DNA of 63,882 nt, filler included, from Perkinsus chesapeaki ATCC PRA-425 (GCA_013115145.1; 10 parts of 10 records of this genome joined end to end with filler, not necessarily neighbours in it), one strand, 5' to 3'. Positions 13,100 to 25,727 are shown, numbered from the whole stretch's first letter. The notes: generated by a model from the letters alone, not told the origin. Numbers and translations are program-made.

Positions 13100-13813
13100 G
13101 ATCATATTGCGGCCTGTGGAGTTGAACGATGATTCATAGGTTTTGCAAGAGCCTATCTTCGACTGGATTCAAGCTCCCGAAGATATGACTTATAGCCATG
13201 ATTGCGTGGAGATGCTCCGATCAGTTTGTTCAAGACTCCCTTTTGTTGTATAAGTGTCTCAACGATAGTAAAATAAAAGCAGTTGAGCGCGCCAATGTGA
13301 AGGCTGCTACAGCTTCCGGGCTGGATCCCTTATATACTTGCAAAATCCAGGGTGAACCATTTCTGTTGGGAGGGTATGCTTGCCTATTATCCACGATGCC
13401 ACGCATAAGGCAAGGTTCGATGCTAGTCCGTGACTGATACCAGTCTTATTGGAGCTCGGTATTCCCGAATGCTGAGACTTGGATTTATCCACTCTAGTAG
13501 AGGTATCATGCACTGAGACAGCGTCGGTGAGATTGGGAGGTTCTCCAGAGGAGCTTCTTCTACAATGCTACTCGCAATAGCTCGATTCATCATGAATCAT
13601 TCATGGAGTAGTTCAGGAGGACTCCTGCTGTAGGAGAGGAGAGCCTCCTCCCTTCCCAGTCAGATTCACTCAGGCGAAACAAGAGGATGGCCGGCACTGT
13701 ACTCAACACAATATAATCACTTTCATTGGTTACGGAAGACATGCTTACATCGGGTATAAAAATATCTCAACATTGGGTATTGAGTCGTGCTTCTAACGTG
13801 GATAATGGGAAGC

Positions 13814-14715
13814 TTACAGAGGGCCCGAAGCTCCGCTCAAATCCAACGTATCATAGTAGAAACTATTAATGTAATTAACGAAAGTATGTAGGCTTTTCGT
13901 TCGGTCGTTATTAACCTTTGTTCTGTATTCTTCATTGTTTTCATATAGCCAGCGGTGGAGCGCATTCATGAAAGTCGTGCAATCTTTCAAAGAGGGTTCT
14001 TCAATTTCCACTCCACTGAGGATATCTTGGTTACTCTTCCTGAAAACCGCAGTTCTTCAAGTACGCACTTGACGGGCTTTTCGAGGCTGCCCCCTCGCCT
14101 GTCTCAGGTCCGATCTATGTCCCACAGACGCTTAGATTCAAGTACGACTGGGACCCTAGCTTCAAACTGGTCGCTCACGAGGTAACCGCTATAGTTTGAG
14201 GAAACGGTAAACCCACGAGCTTCGCAAGTCAAGTCATCCGCGTAGTTCACGTGAAGCCTCACCTCGATAGGACCACCTTTGGGAAGCGGGTCTTAGTGAT
14301 CGTGATAAAGTGGCTCACTCCCGGTTGATCGGAGTATCGCGCTGTACAAAACGCACTGGACAAACCCCCTTTTTTTATGGTGCCTCCCTGAAAACAACAA
14401 GCGAATGTTCAACGTGCTTTCGATACAAGAAATCAGAAAAGGAGATAAAACCCGGGAATTGCTTTCATAACGAGATGTAATAAAATATGAGGCCTTTAGT
14501 AACATATCAGCAGCTCTGAACCAGATAACATTTATCATGTGCTTCATTTCGTGGCAGCTGTTTCTACTAGCGCGAGAAGGCATTGATATTCTCATTCCTA
14601 CTTTCAGTTCGCCTGGTCCTTCGGCAGCATCGGCCCTGAGCGAACCTCGCTTGGAAGTGCCATGTACATTCACAGTGACGCCCAGTATGGAGAGCAGGGA
14701 CGATAGGATTTTCAT
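13814..14715 (-). CDS. Hypothetical secreted protein (multi-exon, approximate)
   Basis: ATG 14715 gives the signal-like MKILSSLLSILGVTVNVHG. Further open stretches lie at ~14290-14130 and 14011-13814. No family recognised. Confidence 0.4.
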
Positions 14716-15553
14716 TAAACGCGAGTCCAGTAAACTTGTGGGTAAGTGTGGCCCTCGGAAACACAATCTCGAGCGTAAAAATGCTTTCGCCCATCCGATC
14801 GATCCAGTGACTGGAAAACAGTCTCCCACAACTCAGTGAATCCGAGCATGGGAAATTTCGCCTTGAAGGAATGTTGAGCAAGTTGAACTAACTTTGTTTG
14901 TTGTATAGACCCTAATTATTAAAGCCTTCAATTTGAAGGTCTATACAATAAACTTGGCGCACTAAAGTTGAATACACTGTTGCGGGGTTGTTCTGTTCGT
15001 CAACGATTGTTCGGTAAGTATCTTTCGTCATTCGTCACCGAAGATAGAGCGCCAAAGATAGTTTTCGGAAAGGATTCTTTTCTCCTTGGGACACCGAGTC
15101 TCGGTGACTGAGACTGACTCGGAGTTATTTGGCCTGTCAAACGTGGTGTCCCAACGTGTGTCACACTCATACAACTAGCCGAACGTTCAGGGAGCATAGT
15201 ACCCACGTAATGGAAATTAAACTTCAGTGGCTTAATAATGGGTCCATCGGCCGGGCCAATCCAGGGCGCTAATTGTTCTTTCTATCGTTTCGGGGAGGTG
15301 TCAGTGTCGTTTACGCTCCCAAGTTCACGCCAGTACAGCACTGTATGAGTATTCTCGTAGTCCGTGTATCGAAGGTACAGATTGTACCGCACAGTATTCG
15401 TTATATAACGCTATACCGTATTATCAATACGAAACGGTATGTTCTGACTGTCTACTTATCTTCTCTGGCATCATAACAATCCTCATAAATTAAGACAAGG
15501 CATAAACGTGAAGTACGTAACGATTGATGGACAGGACAATAATAATAAACTCC

Positions 15554-18100
15554 TTAATATCCCTCAATGATAAATGCATGAGCACGAAAAGTAACATCTC
15601 TCAACGTGGCGGCTGCCATGGGGGATGAAGGATTATGCGCCAAAACGCTGCTGACGAATGAAAGGCGACAAATAAGTTGTAAAAGCTCAATTTTTCCAAG
15701 TATGAGCATAGTAGAGCTTCCACAACGACAAGGCACTTTGTGAAAGTGCCTAGACAATGAGTAACATAATCGATCACGACTACACAAAAAAGCCGTGTTA
15801 GTAATGAGATGCCAATCTTCTTTCTAGTTGATTCACCTACGTCATTTAATCATGTCGGAAATCATAAATCTCGCTTACCCTTTCTTGGACAACTTCCAAA
15901 AGCCTTCGAGCAACTTCAAGCTGCCTCGCATAGTTGCTTGGCTTCCCTTCCTCTTTTTTCAGTTTTTTATATCTGATAACTCCTCCAGTGTAATTGAGGA
16001 CCCTCTTCGTTACTCGATGTGTATTGGTATCATCGGAGCGGGAACGCTGCTGGTTCGTTTAATTTCACGAAGTCGATCGCGTTCGGCCATAACTTCCTGA
16101 AGGTAAAAGGATGTTACTCACCCAAAGAGATAAATGTCAGCCGTGGCTGCATGCTTCAGCTACCTGCTGGAGCTCTTCAGTCGGATTCTGACGATGGACG
16201 CGTCTACCGAAGAATTCTCCCAGGATGCTCTCCACGATTACTTTAGACCTACTGACCAGGAGCACTTCAAATATTCGGCCTGTATCGCAGAATGTACATT
16301 GCATGGGTGTTAGTGATTGGGTTAGCGATGGTACGCTATGGTTTGATAACACACCGGGACATCGGCATGAGTTAACTCTATTGGCACGACACCTACCCGG
16401 AAGGATTGTCGCCGAGTATTCTCATTCCCCTCCCATCAGAGGTTCCCATAAAATCATCAACTGGATCTTGGGTGAATCCTCGATCACCGTACTGCATGAC
16501 ATGACTGACCGGGGACCATTCAAAAGGAGGCAAACAACTCCATTCAGCTACCTCTTATTGGTCTCTTTCCTGATCAGCTCATATTGGGCTTGTAGAGTTT
16601 CTCCATTTCTTGTTTGAGCGTGTCTATCTTCGTCTTCCATCCAATTGACGGAGAATAGGTCACCCAAACACGTTCCAATCTCAATACCACCGACAAAATC
16701 CTGAGAAGACAGCAGGATGCTGAGTCAGACGAACTTAATCCGGGCAGTTGTGTCGAATGCCCAGGGAGGGGGTTGTCAGATAATCCCTCGACTTATATTG
16801 CAAGTATTAAGAATTAATATATTATCATCTGGACATCATCATCACGCTGCAAAGAGATATCCACGATCTATCACAATATCTCGAGTTAATGGGGATGAAG
16901 TCGGTTTGTATATGTCGATCGTGCAAAAACAAGTTGAGAACTAACTGACGTGCAAAAAAAAAGTTCACATTCACTCACGTTCTCGCAGTAAGTTCCGTAA
17001 CTGCTTTCGTGTGCATTAGATGCGGTGATGTAATACCTGATCGCATGAAGTACCAATCTTTGACCCACGAAAGCGAAGAGAAGCCTTACTGGCCGGGAAT
17101 GGTATCCTTCCCTTCGAACATGCTTCCAGCTTCACAGGCTTCGACATAGAATACCAATTTCTTATACCTGTGTGACAATATAAACGCATCCCTCTGCCGT
17201 ATACTCACATCTTTTTTTCATGCATTGTAGTTAACCAACCATACAGTTGCTCTGAGTGGAGTTCCTTATCAAGTACAGCCAGAATCCCCGCTGATCGTGA
17301 ACATACGTTACGTACGACTAGACGTACCGTGTGCATTCCTTACGTCCTCCATGGTCGACGAAGTTAACGAAAACGTAGTCGTTTTTCGTACTCTGCAGAA
17401 CTTTGCCGCTTTGTGTCGATGCGTTGCCTGTGAGGACCTAAAAGCATTCTCTGCAAACGAGCACTGGAAAAGACAGTTAATATATGTGTCACGCTCTATG
17501 CCACAGTAAGCTCTGGCTTTAAGCCAGTGGCTTATAAAAAACTTTCACGGCCACTTACCGCCCCGAAGTTTTCGACCGTAACGTCTTCACCACTATAATC
17601 GATTTTGCAACCCTTGTACACGTCGACACCGGGCTTGTCACCTATGAGAAGTATTCAGTGAAAAGTCACCTTCGGTGAACACGAGTCTAACCTGTAGGCT
17701 TGTTGAATAGTTTTCCAGGGAAGGGGTTCACTGCATCATTAACGACATCGTTGTACCTGCAAATGTGATTGCGTCCACAGTCTTTCACGAGATAAAGGCC
17801 TCCTACGATAAAGTTATAATATGCTCCTCGGGGATACCATTCCTCCTCAGAACTTGATATGCGTGACATATATCTGCTTGATGACGATAGTTGTAGAAGC
17901 CTTTCGAACCGGCAATAAGGACCTAACAAGCGTATATTAGAAGACTCATAAAAATGGGAGGATAAGGTAGACCAGCCTTCCACATGGTGCAAACATACAG
18001 CCCAATGTCTTGGTTCCTCATTATTCCTGGTAGTTGAGGTTTCCCCTGTCAAGCAGACCACAGCCGTAAGTAAAGCAACAAAGGTAACCAAGTGGGCCAT
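15554..18100 (-). CDS. Legumain / asparaginyl endopeptidase (peptidase C13), multi-exon; 3' end approximate
   Basis: Signal peptide [68 protein letters not shown], catalytic His in FVDHGG (17351-17353), catalytic Cys in [11 protein letters not shown] (17134-17136), [21 protein letters not shown]. Confidence 0.93.
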
Positions 18101-19905
18101 GAATGAGCACATGAAGGGCATGCACACTGTAACAGTGCCACTGTTTCAACTTGAAGCAAAGGGGCGCGAGCCGCGATGCTTCCCGTGTCGGCCCATTATG
18201 TTTTTGCGTGCGTGACCGCACTCAAATTGTCCACACATTACCCGAGCCAAGATATTTTGAGTAAAAAAGTTTCCCGGTTGTGATTGAACTAAGAAGATGC
18301 TGTCATTGGCCCAGGGTCCGTGATGGACAGCGACAGTGAACGAATGTTGTGTTAGATTTCTTGAATAGGGCCCCTACCGTTCCACTGTGGAGCCACGAGG
18401 GTGTGACATGGCACGAAGTAAGTCCCTGTGTTTGCCCCGCCAACGGTTTTAATTTGAGAGCATAGAAAACATGTATTTGTTGGCATCTCTATTATGTGCT
18501 CTAAGTTCTCAGTGGGCTGTGCTATGATAGTACCTCAGAGTACCTTATCCAGGTCATCTTCTCGCTGTTCGGGCGGTCACGACTATTCGTGTGATCTAGA
18601 CACACCTGAACGCATACGTTGCGCCCTCTATCGTGCCAGTTGGTGGCTAGAGTTGAAGTTGGTCCGGAGAACAATAAATGAGTAAAGTATTGGATGCCGC
18701 CTCACTGATAACTCAAATAGAGTTAGGCTCTATAGGACAAGATATAGCTTATAGGGAAGTACTACTGTAGGAGAGGGAGACAAGCTTTATGCTAGGCATC
18801 GTGCCAGGATGATATTGCACACAAATCCTGCACGGGGTCGTTGCTGCTGCTGGTTAAACGCACTCACCGAGTCTGATTCAGATCTCTCCAACTTCTGGAG
18901 TATCACGAGTAGCCCCAACTAGAAGTATTAGAAGATATCACTTGCTGACTAGCAATGCTGAGTTTAATGAATTATATAGCAAAGTTATCTTGCTATATAT
19001 GAAACTCAGCAAGTGAATACTTTGCCAAACTAGCTCAACGTACTTTCCAGGTTTTGTCGGAAAGAATCTACCTTTGGCCGAGTTACCACCAACTTTCGAC
19101 GAACGGTTCACCTCCGATTGGTTAGTTAGTTTTCAGCCTGCTTTCCAAGCATGCACAAGTTGGTGCAAAAGGCGACTTCCATCTTTCTAATAAGCAGTGC
19201 GTTAGGTACTGCCTGTCCATCTATATCGATCATTACTGTCTGATGCGCACCCATGACCTACTGTATGACTCTCAGTCTACCGCTCGTGGCACTGAGAGGG
19301 AGGTACACGCGCACCAATACTCTGAGGCTCGGATTTGGATTTTTTTGTTGAGGTGCATCGAAGTTTGGCACCACAAGAACTATCTATTGAGATCGGCGGG
19401 AGACATCTTCTGACCTGGCTGTATTGGAACTCATCATATTACTTGGTGAGCTTCATACTCTGGGTTCGTTGCTTGACTGGAAGTCTGGCTAATCTCATGC
19501 CGTGACTCACGATCGTTTGTGATTGTGACTATCATACGGTATTGAGCCAGACTGGTTCATAACTGCGACAGTATGAAAGTGACGGTGTAATTTTGTGCAA
19601 GTCGCGTGTGACCGAGCGGGAGCACGTAACGTGGCCCGTGTAACCCGGGCAAACACGGGCCGTGTTTGCGTTTACATGTTATGTGACATAACTTATGTCG
19701 CATGCCTCGTTTGCAAGTCGCGAACGCTTTCAGCTTCCCACACATACTGAGTAGGCCTTACTTCATAGAGTGAGCAATATTTCGGGGCATCGAACCCCAT
19801 TTTAATACAGAAGGTCCTGCCTTGGAAGGGGAACCCTGATCGGGTAGAGCCCTTTAGCTGGTGGGTTCCACACTACCAATCGACTGGCGTGCGCTCACTC
19901 GGAGC

Positions 19906-20129
19906 TATTGAGGGACCACTGCTGTTGGAACTCAATATGAAGAGATGGGGATTGAAGCGGGTGCGTAACCACGCGACAATTAAGAATAAGGCAAATGAAT
20001 ACTGAAATGATGGCAGAGTGATACGCATGCAAATATAGGTCAACTACTATCACTAATGAATTACGGTTTCATCATCATATCAGAAACTGCCAATAGATCC
20101 TTCTTTGAGGTTGGCGCTCGCCCATGACA
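19906..20129 (-). repeat. 3' LTR (221-224 bp), complete
   Basis: Starts TGTCA on the minus strand right after the purine tract. Matches the partial 5' LTR exactly over the available 107 bp. Confidence 0.9.
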
Positions 20130-20141
20130 GCATTCCCCCAC
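20130..20141 (-). other. Polypurine tract of the Gypsy element
   Basis: Minus strand reads GTGGGGGAATGC immediately before the TG of the 3' LTR. Confidence 0.75.
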
Positions 20142-20162
20142 GAGCCTCGCACTAGTAGCGTG

Positions 20163-23100
20163 CTAGTAGGGAGAGGGTCGCAAGCTATAACCTAGAGCAG
20201 TCAACCGAGTAGATACCGCCTTAGGCATACGGTTCGCCCTGGTTAGCTTGAAGGGCTGAACCTCAGAATTAATTTGCTTGATGTCGATGGAGACGACGTT
20301 GCCAGCAGAGAACAATGTAGATCCTTGTAATTCCAGCGGTTGCACAGTCGTAAGTGACATTCCAGCAGAAGGACAGATATATTTCGCGAAGTAGAACCTG
20401 GTAGGGTCATCTTCACATAGACAGCAGATAATATCGCCAACACTGATATTATTGAGAGATATATGAGATAGCGTTCTAAGAACAGGCTCACGGTAGTCCA
20501 CACCAGAGTACGGAACCAATTGGTCACCAGTGACGATCGTAGTTGATGAGCCACTATCATCAAGGCTGATAACATAGGTACCTGACTCCTTGTTGATGCA
20601 TCTGACCACAGTTGCCGGTAGAGTGTTCAAATCAGGCCTCTTCCAGTACACTTTCTGGTCAGCCTGTAGTGAAGGAACCTCAGCAGCTAAACCAGCTGAG
20701 ATAGCTCTGATATCCACAGCTCGTTGCCGCTCATCGGTACGGGAAGTAACCCTTTCGGTCAACCAGTCATCGATGCGCTTCGTTACAGTAGAGACCATTT
20801 TCTTGAGGTCGTTGTACTGGTCAACGTCGGCATCAGAAGAGGTGGTCGCCATTCCCCCACGGAGCGGATCGGGAATAAATAGACCGAGGGGTGTAGCCCT
20901 TATATCAGTGGCACCGAGAGTAAGCTGAGCCGGAGTAGGACTATCAGTAGAAACCGTGTAGAAGTTAAGGGACTGTTGTGCCACCTTGCATAGCAAGTCC
21001 CAGCGATCATCAGGAAACTTGTCCAAGATGCGCCTCAGGTCACGGTTTCGGCGCTCCGCAATATTGCTTTGCGGATGATAGACCGGAGAGTGAGGCAGCT
21101 TGATACCACATAGAGAACCTAGTGCCTTCCAGATCTTGCTGGTGAAGCACGTAGCATTATCAGATGCAATAGATAATGGCCAACCAAACGTAGATATCCA
21201 GTCGAAATAAATAGCACGGGCCGCTTCCACCGAAGAACAGTCTTTGACCAAACTGAAGACGGTATAAGAGGTGGCGTAGTCAGTAATGGTCAAGACATGA
21301 GTAAACCCATCAACAGGAGGCCGTCGAGGGTCGAAATGGTCGATGGCCAAGTACGAGAATCGATGGGAAGGCACTGCTCTAGCGACTGGCGGGGTAGGCA
21401 CATGAGAAGGAAGTTGAACCGGGGCACAATCAGGACAGCGCTTGCAGTACTGCTTGATGAACTTGCTGATAGATGGAAACCAGCAATATTTCCTCAAGTC
21501 GTTGTACGTTTTAGCTCTGCCGATGTGGACCGGAACATCATGAACCAACCAGCAGACGAAACTCCTAAGAGAGAGAAGTCCAGGAGGTGGGGGGTTACCA
21601 GCACAGTTTGTGGACGCCGCCGAAGCATCATCAACCGGGATATAAGTTAAGTTAATGAAGTCGCGGAAGTCGCCTCCTGCTGGTAGATAGAGAGCTAAGT
21701 GGAACTCTGAAGGATCATTCTTGTCCGGGACCCGGAAGTATAGCAGCCTCGAGTCGGATATGATAAAGCGGTTGGTACGTACCAATGACTCGACTGTGTC
21801 GAACTCGGACTGGGGTTGGGGTACAAGAGCAAAGCAAGTAGTGCTGGTAGAACTCTCCTCGCCGGCTAAATCTTCTTGGGATGCATTGCCAGTGTCTTGA
21901 GATAGAAGGTAGTTGTGAACGGCGGAGAGCTTAACACCACAGTACTCGGTGTCGACATCACTGTGCTGCAGTTCCAGTACCCTAGCAATGAATTCATCGT
22001 TACTCAGCACATCCTGAATGAGGTCGTCAGATGCAACTTCGGGAGCAGTGGCTGACAGAGCGAAGACATGCTCAGTAGGACTCATAGGCACCAAGTGGTC
22101 GACAGTGCGCGAGAGCATGTCGGCTAGATGGTTAGTGGAACCGGCGATGTGCTTCCATAGGACATTATAATCGTAGACAGGCCCTATTCGGTCAGCCCAG
22201 GAAAGCCACCGGCGACCACGAATGCCATCAGCTGGAAACGCTTGGTCGCGCCAATGTTGTATAGCAGTTGAGTTGTCAGAGAGAACGGCGAAGTCGAAGA
22301 GCTCTATAGGCTTCGGAGGGCCGGCTCTTACTGGCGGAAGACTGCCACATATTACGCCCTTATATCGCTCCAGTGAGCGAACAATGGCGTACGCCTCTCT
22401 ATCATATATCGGCCACCGCAATGATGATCCTGTAAACCTCTCTGACCAAGAGTCGAGAACCTCGGCGTTGTTGTCAAGGTACTCGTGAGTTAGGTCGGAG
22501 GGGGAAGGTGGTCGCTTGACTCTGAAGAGACAGCCGGCAGCACCATTCTCGCTGGCATCAGTGGTGATGACAAAAACCAGGTCAGGATCTGAAGGTTCGC
22601 CAAGACGGTAGATCGCAAGATGCCGTTCTTCGCCGTGAGTAAAGATGTCTGACCAACGAGATGGTAGATCGCTGTCCCAGCGGATCTTGACTCGCTTACT
22701 ACGGCCTTGGCCGAGCGAGTCGTAGTGAGCTAGAAGCTCATAGAAGGGGGCGCATAATACAGAAAGGCTATTCTCAGGACGATCAGTTGTCCATAGAATG
22801 CGATTGTACTGTAGCACGCCAAGAGCGCTTCGTAAAGCCGCCGGTGTCCCCGGAAGGTTTTCACGAAGTGCCATCACCTCGTTGAAGTGCTCAGAAGTCA
22901 TACGCCATGTGCCGCTCTCAAGCGTCATACCACAGATATTAACAGATGACGATGGTGGCTGGCTTTTGGCTGAGTTGACTGGTAGTTGTAGATGATGAAG
23001 TAAACGAAGGAGGATGTCATACCGTTCTTGGCAGGTTCGCAGATCCGGCCCGTAGACTAAGATGTCGTCCATGTAGACGGCATAGCCCTTGCCCGGGAGC

Positions 23101-25727
23101 TGAGAGATGTCGCATCCCAGGAAAAAGCTAAGGGCATACTGGATGCAGTAACACCACCAAGCTGGAGAGCATCGAAGGCCTTGAGGTAAACGGAGAAAAC
23201 GAAAGAAGTTACCCGCACCGTCTGTCAGGCCACAGCACAACTGTGCCGCCCTCGAAATAGATATCTGGTGGAATGCGGAAGACACATCCACCGTAGCATA
23301 GAATCTCGCCGAAGCGGAGATTGATTGTAAGAAGGCCGTCACAGAGTCCGTATAACGTGAGAGATCATCATCATGAGTACGCACGCGGCGATTAACGGCT
23401 CTGAAATCAACCACAAGGCGAAAAGCGTCGGAACGCTTCCGCACAGGAAAGGCGCGGCTGACGTGCGTCACATGAAAGTCAGCCTCAGCCAAGGGCTCGA
23501 TGACACCGTCGGAGATCATTTCTTGAAGAAGGCCTTCCAACGCAGAACGCCGTGACGGATCAACAGTCCATCGCGGTGGACGTATCAGAGGATGATGGTC
23601 GTCCATCTGGAAATTGGCAACCGGCATCTCAAAAGACGACATAATATCAGGGAGAGTCGCCGTAGGGGATGTCGGAGATGGAAGGCGAAGTAGGGGGCAG
23701 GCAGTAGCAGAGTGAGAGGCCGTAGAAAGCGAAACGCGCCGACCGCTGTCGCCAAGGACCAGAAGGCTGTTACCAATGTCGATAGTTGCACCCATTTGTG
23801 CAAGCGACTGAAGGCCAAATAACAACTGACCAGGACGCAGCATCGGTGTATCACAGATATAGGCCTCGATGTTAAAAGACGACTTACCTCCATCTATAGA
23901 GCTGACACTAATAGGGAGGTTCACCTTATGGTGTAGTTGAACAGACTGACCATTAAAGCAACTGACTGATGGCGCCGACGCGCCGTGAATCAGATTAACG
24001 CCGTCAATGTTCAACACGTCTCTGCCAGCCAAAGTGTAGAATGAAGCAGTATCAATGATTGCTTCATGAAGAATAGCCTTGGCGCCCAATAATGGGCAGA
24101 ATGAGACAAATGAAGGTAGTGCAGGAGCCACAGTAGTCAGACAAGGGGCAGTATAGGATAGTGCGAAGGTAGAAGCATGTGCTGAGGGGGCTGGCAACTT
24201 ACCGGTAATGGACCGAGTTACGGGTCGGGACTTATCATCATTAGAGGATGATGAAGACGATGTTGATTGCGCCGGTGTTGGCTGGGGACCATTACTCGGT
24301 TTACCATTAGATGTTGAAGCCGTTCCCGTAGCAACATGCTGACTAGACTTGCCACCACCTTTACCCTTGCCTTTTCCCTTGCCCTGAGCTACACCAGGCC
24401 TAGCTGGATGTGGCTGCACCGGTTGAAAGTCTTGCCCTGTGCTGGTAGACGACGGTTGTGGAGTCGTCGTCCCGGATGATGTCGCCAACGGCGCCGCACT
24501 AGTGTTAGATGGGTTGTACCAGCAATCCGCTTCAGAGTGACCTCTCTTTGAGCAGAACTTACAGGGGGTTGACCGCGTAGGGTTGGGCTCTGGAGAAGGA
24601 TTTCCAGGCTTAGAGTCTTTAGATGAATTGCTCGACTTGGAGGAACGGTTCTTAGACCTCCGATTACGTCGGCCAGAGGCGTCCGACGAGTTTGTCGAGT
24701 TGTAGATAACCTTCGGTGCTGCCGAGGAACACGGCACGCTACCGGGATCCGTCTCCCAAGGAAGACGGAGGGAGAGCTTCTTGTGAATGTCCACGAGCTT
24801 GTCACGAATGTCCACGTAGGAAATCTTATGCACAAGTAGACTTTCCTTACGGATCCATTGGGAGATATGTTCTTGAACAAGAGGTGTAGCATTAGTGACC
24901 AAGTTCGTGACTCTGTCGAAGTCTGTTGGCAGCGATAGCCCACAGCTCGTCAGAGCAGAACAATAGGATCGATAAGCCGATGCCTCAGCGTCAAGATAAT
25001 GAATAATGTCAGATGATCCCTGGGAAACCTTAGCCCAGCGATCTTTTAGAGAAGGCAGATCTACAGCATTGTCCTCTGCTGAGAGTATACCACTCAAAAC
25101 AGACTGTAGAAGTGATGCCCACGACAGTGTCCAGTTATCTCCAGTCAACTGCTGATAACCAGGAGACTTAGAGAAGTCGGGGTCGGCCAACTCATCGGAC
25201 AGGGTGTCTGGCGTAGTACCAGATCGGACTTCGTTGCTAGAACTGGATGTTTGCGGTTTGGAACGCATCCATTCCTGCACGGCATTTCGCACACGAAGTC
25301 GGCGACCAAGGCTGTTGTCGTCTAAGGTGAGCCACACCAAGATGATACCAGTGATCACCGGAACAGAGAACTCGTATTCACATTCCATAGTAGTCAATGA
25401 TAACACCAGTTGGTTGTGGAAGTCGGAGCCTCGCGCAGCCTTGGCAAGGTTAATAGGGTTGCCATCTTCTGGATTAACTATCCATTCTCGGACGGTCTTC
25501 GCCAAGGTCGCGATAGTCGGTGAGTTCCATTCTTTGCGCAAAGTCCGGAACTCGGTCGCAGTCGAGAACCTTAGGGTCGTAAGGACAACATCAATGACGT
25601 CATTGGCCGGAGTACGGAAGCCGGCTGTGTCTGCCGAAGATCGCAGGACGGCTAACGCCGATGCCTGCGCAGGGGCCGGAGCATTCTCCAGACCAGACGT
25701 GAAGGATGACTCGCTTAAAGGAGACAT
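20163..25727 (-). CDS. Gag-Pol polyprotein (1854 aa, one uninterrupted ORF)
   Basis: CCHC knuckle CKFCSKRGHSEADC; protease IIDTA; RT LVVDFRAVN, RLPQG, YMDD; RNase H TTDAS, DREAYA, SDN, NHLADMLSR; integrase H-H-CPDC, AIDHF, SDNATCF, AERRNR. Confidence 0.96.
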   Translation of the reverse strand: MSPLSESSFTSGLENAPAPAQASALAVLRSSADTAGFRTPANDVIDVVLTTLRFSTATEFRTLRKEWNSPTIATLAKTVREWIVNPEDGNPINLAKAARGSDFHNQLVLSLTTMECEYEFSVPVITGIILVWLTLDDNSLGRRLRVRNAVQEWMRSKPQTSSSSNEVRSGTTPDTLSDELADPDFSKSPGYQQLTGDNWTLSWASLLQSVLSGILSAEDNAVDLPSLKDRWAKVSQGSSDIIHYLDAEASAYRSYCSALTSCGLSLPTDFDRVTNLVTNATPLVQEHISQWIRKESLLVHKISYVDIRDKLVDIHKKLSLRLPWETDPGSVPCSSAAPKVIYNSTNSSDASGRRNRRSKNRSSKSSNSSKDSKPGNPSPEPNPTRSTPCKFCSKRGHSEADCWYNPSNTSAAPLATSSGTTTPQPSSTSTGQDFQPVQPHPARPGVAQGKGKGKGKGGGKSSQHVATGTASTSNGKPSNGPQPTPAQSTSSSSSSNDDKSRPVTRSITGKLPAPSAHASTFALSYTAPCLTTVAPALPSFVSFCPLLGAKAILHEAIIDTASFYTLAGRDVLNIDGVNLIHGASAPSVSCFNGQSVQLHHKVNLPISVSSIDGGKSSFNIEAYICDTPMLRPGQLLFGLQSLAQMGATIDIGNSLLVLGDSGRRVSLSTASHSATACPLLRLPSPTSPTATLPDIMSSFEMPVANFQMDDHHPLIRPPRWTVDPSRRSALEGLLQEMISDGVIEPLAEADFHVTHVSRAFPVRKRSDAFRLVVDFRAVNRRVRTHDDDLSRYTDSVTAFLQSISASARFYATVDVSSAFHQISISRAAQLCCGLTDGAGNFFRFLRLPQGLRCSPAWWCYCIQYALSFFLGCDISQLPGKGYAVYMDDILVYGPDLRTCQERYDILLRLLHHLQLPVNSAKSQPPSSSVNICGMTLESGTWRMTSEHFNEVMALRENLPGTPAALRSALGVLQYNRILWTTDRPENSLSVLCAPFYELLAHYDSLGQGRSKRVKIRWDSDLPSRWSDIFTHGEERHLAIYRLGEPSDPDLVFVITTDASENGAAGCLFRVKRPPSPSDLTHEYLDNNAEVLDSWSERFTGSSLRWPIYDREAYAIVRSLERYKGVICGSLPPVRAGPPKPIELFDFAVLSDNSTAIQHWRDQAFPADGIRGRRWLSWADRIGPVYDYNVLWKHIAGSTNHLADMLSRTVDHLVPMSPTEHVFALSATAPEVASDDLIQDVLSNDEFIARVLELQHSDVDTEYCGVKLSAVHNYLLSQDTGNASQEDLAGEESSTSTTCFALVPQPQSEFDTVESLVRTNRFIISDSRLLYFRVPDKNDPSEFHLALYLPAGGDFRDFINLTYIPVDDASAASTNCAGNPPPPGLLSLRSFVCWLVHDVPVHIGRAKTYNDLRKYCWFPSISKFIKQYCKRCPDCAPVQLPSHVPTPPVARAVPSHRFSYLAIDHFDPRRPPVDGFTHVLTITDYATSYTVFSLVKDCSSVEAARAIYFDWISTFGWPLSIASDNATCFTSKIWKALGSLCGIKLPHSPVYHPQSNIAERRNRDLRRILDKFPDDRWDLLCKVAQQSLNFYTVSTDSPTPAQLTLGATDIRATPLGLFIPDPLRGGMATTSSDADVDQYNDLKKMVSTVTKRIDDWLTERVTSRTDERQRAVDIRAISAGLAAEVPSLQADQKVYWKRPDLNTLPATVVRCINKESGTYVISLDDSGSSTTIVTGDQLVPYSGVDYREPVLRTLSHISLNNISVGDIICCLCEDDPTRFYFAKYICPSAGMSLTTVQPLELQGSTLFSAGNVVSIDIKQINSEVQPFKLTRANRMPKAVSTRLTALGYSLRPSPY

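Noticed and set aside
18244-18253. Relic spliced leader ATCTTGGCTC upstream of legumain
   Set aside because: Only 10 nt, the 5' half does not match, and similar 8-9-mers occur several times in the window.
19633-19661. 9-bp-arm hairpin left of the LTR as a transposon end
   Set aside because: Short arms, no matching second end and no TSD; not distinguishable from chance.
19783-19799. tRNA gene near the LTR (tRNA-targeted insertion)
   Set aside because: Only a T-arm-like hairpin; no D arm, anticodon arm or acceptor stem.
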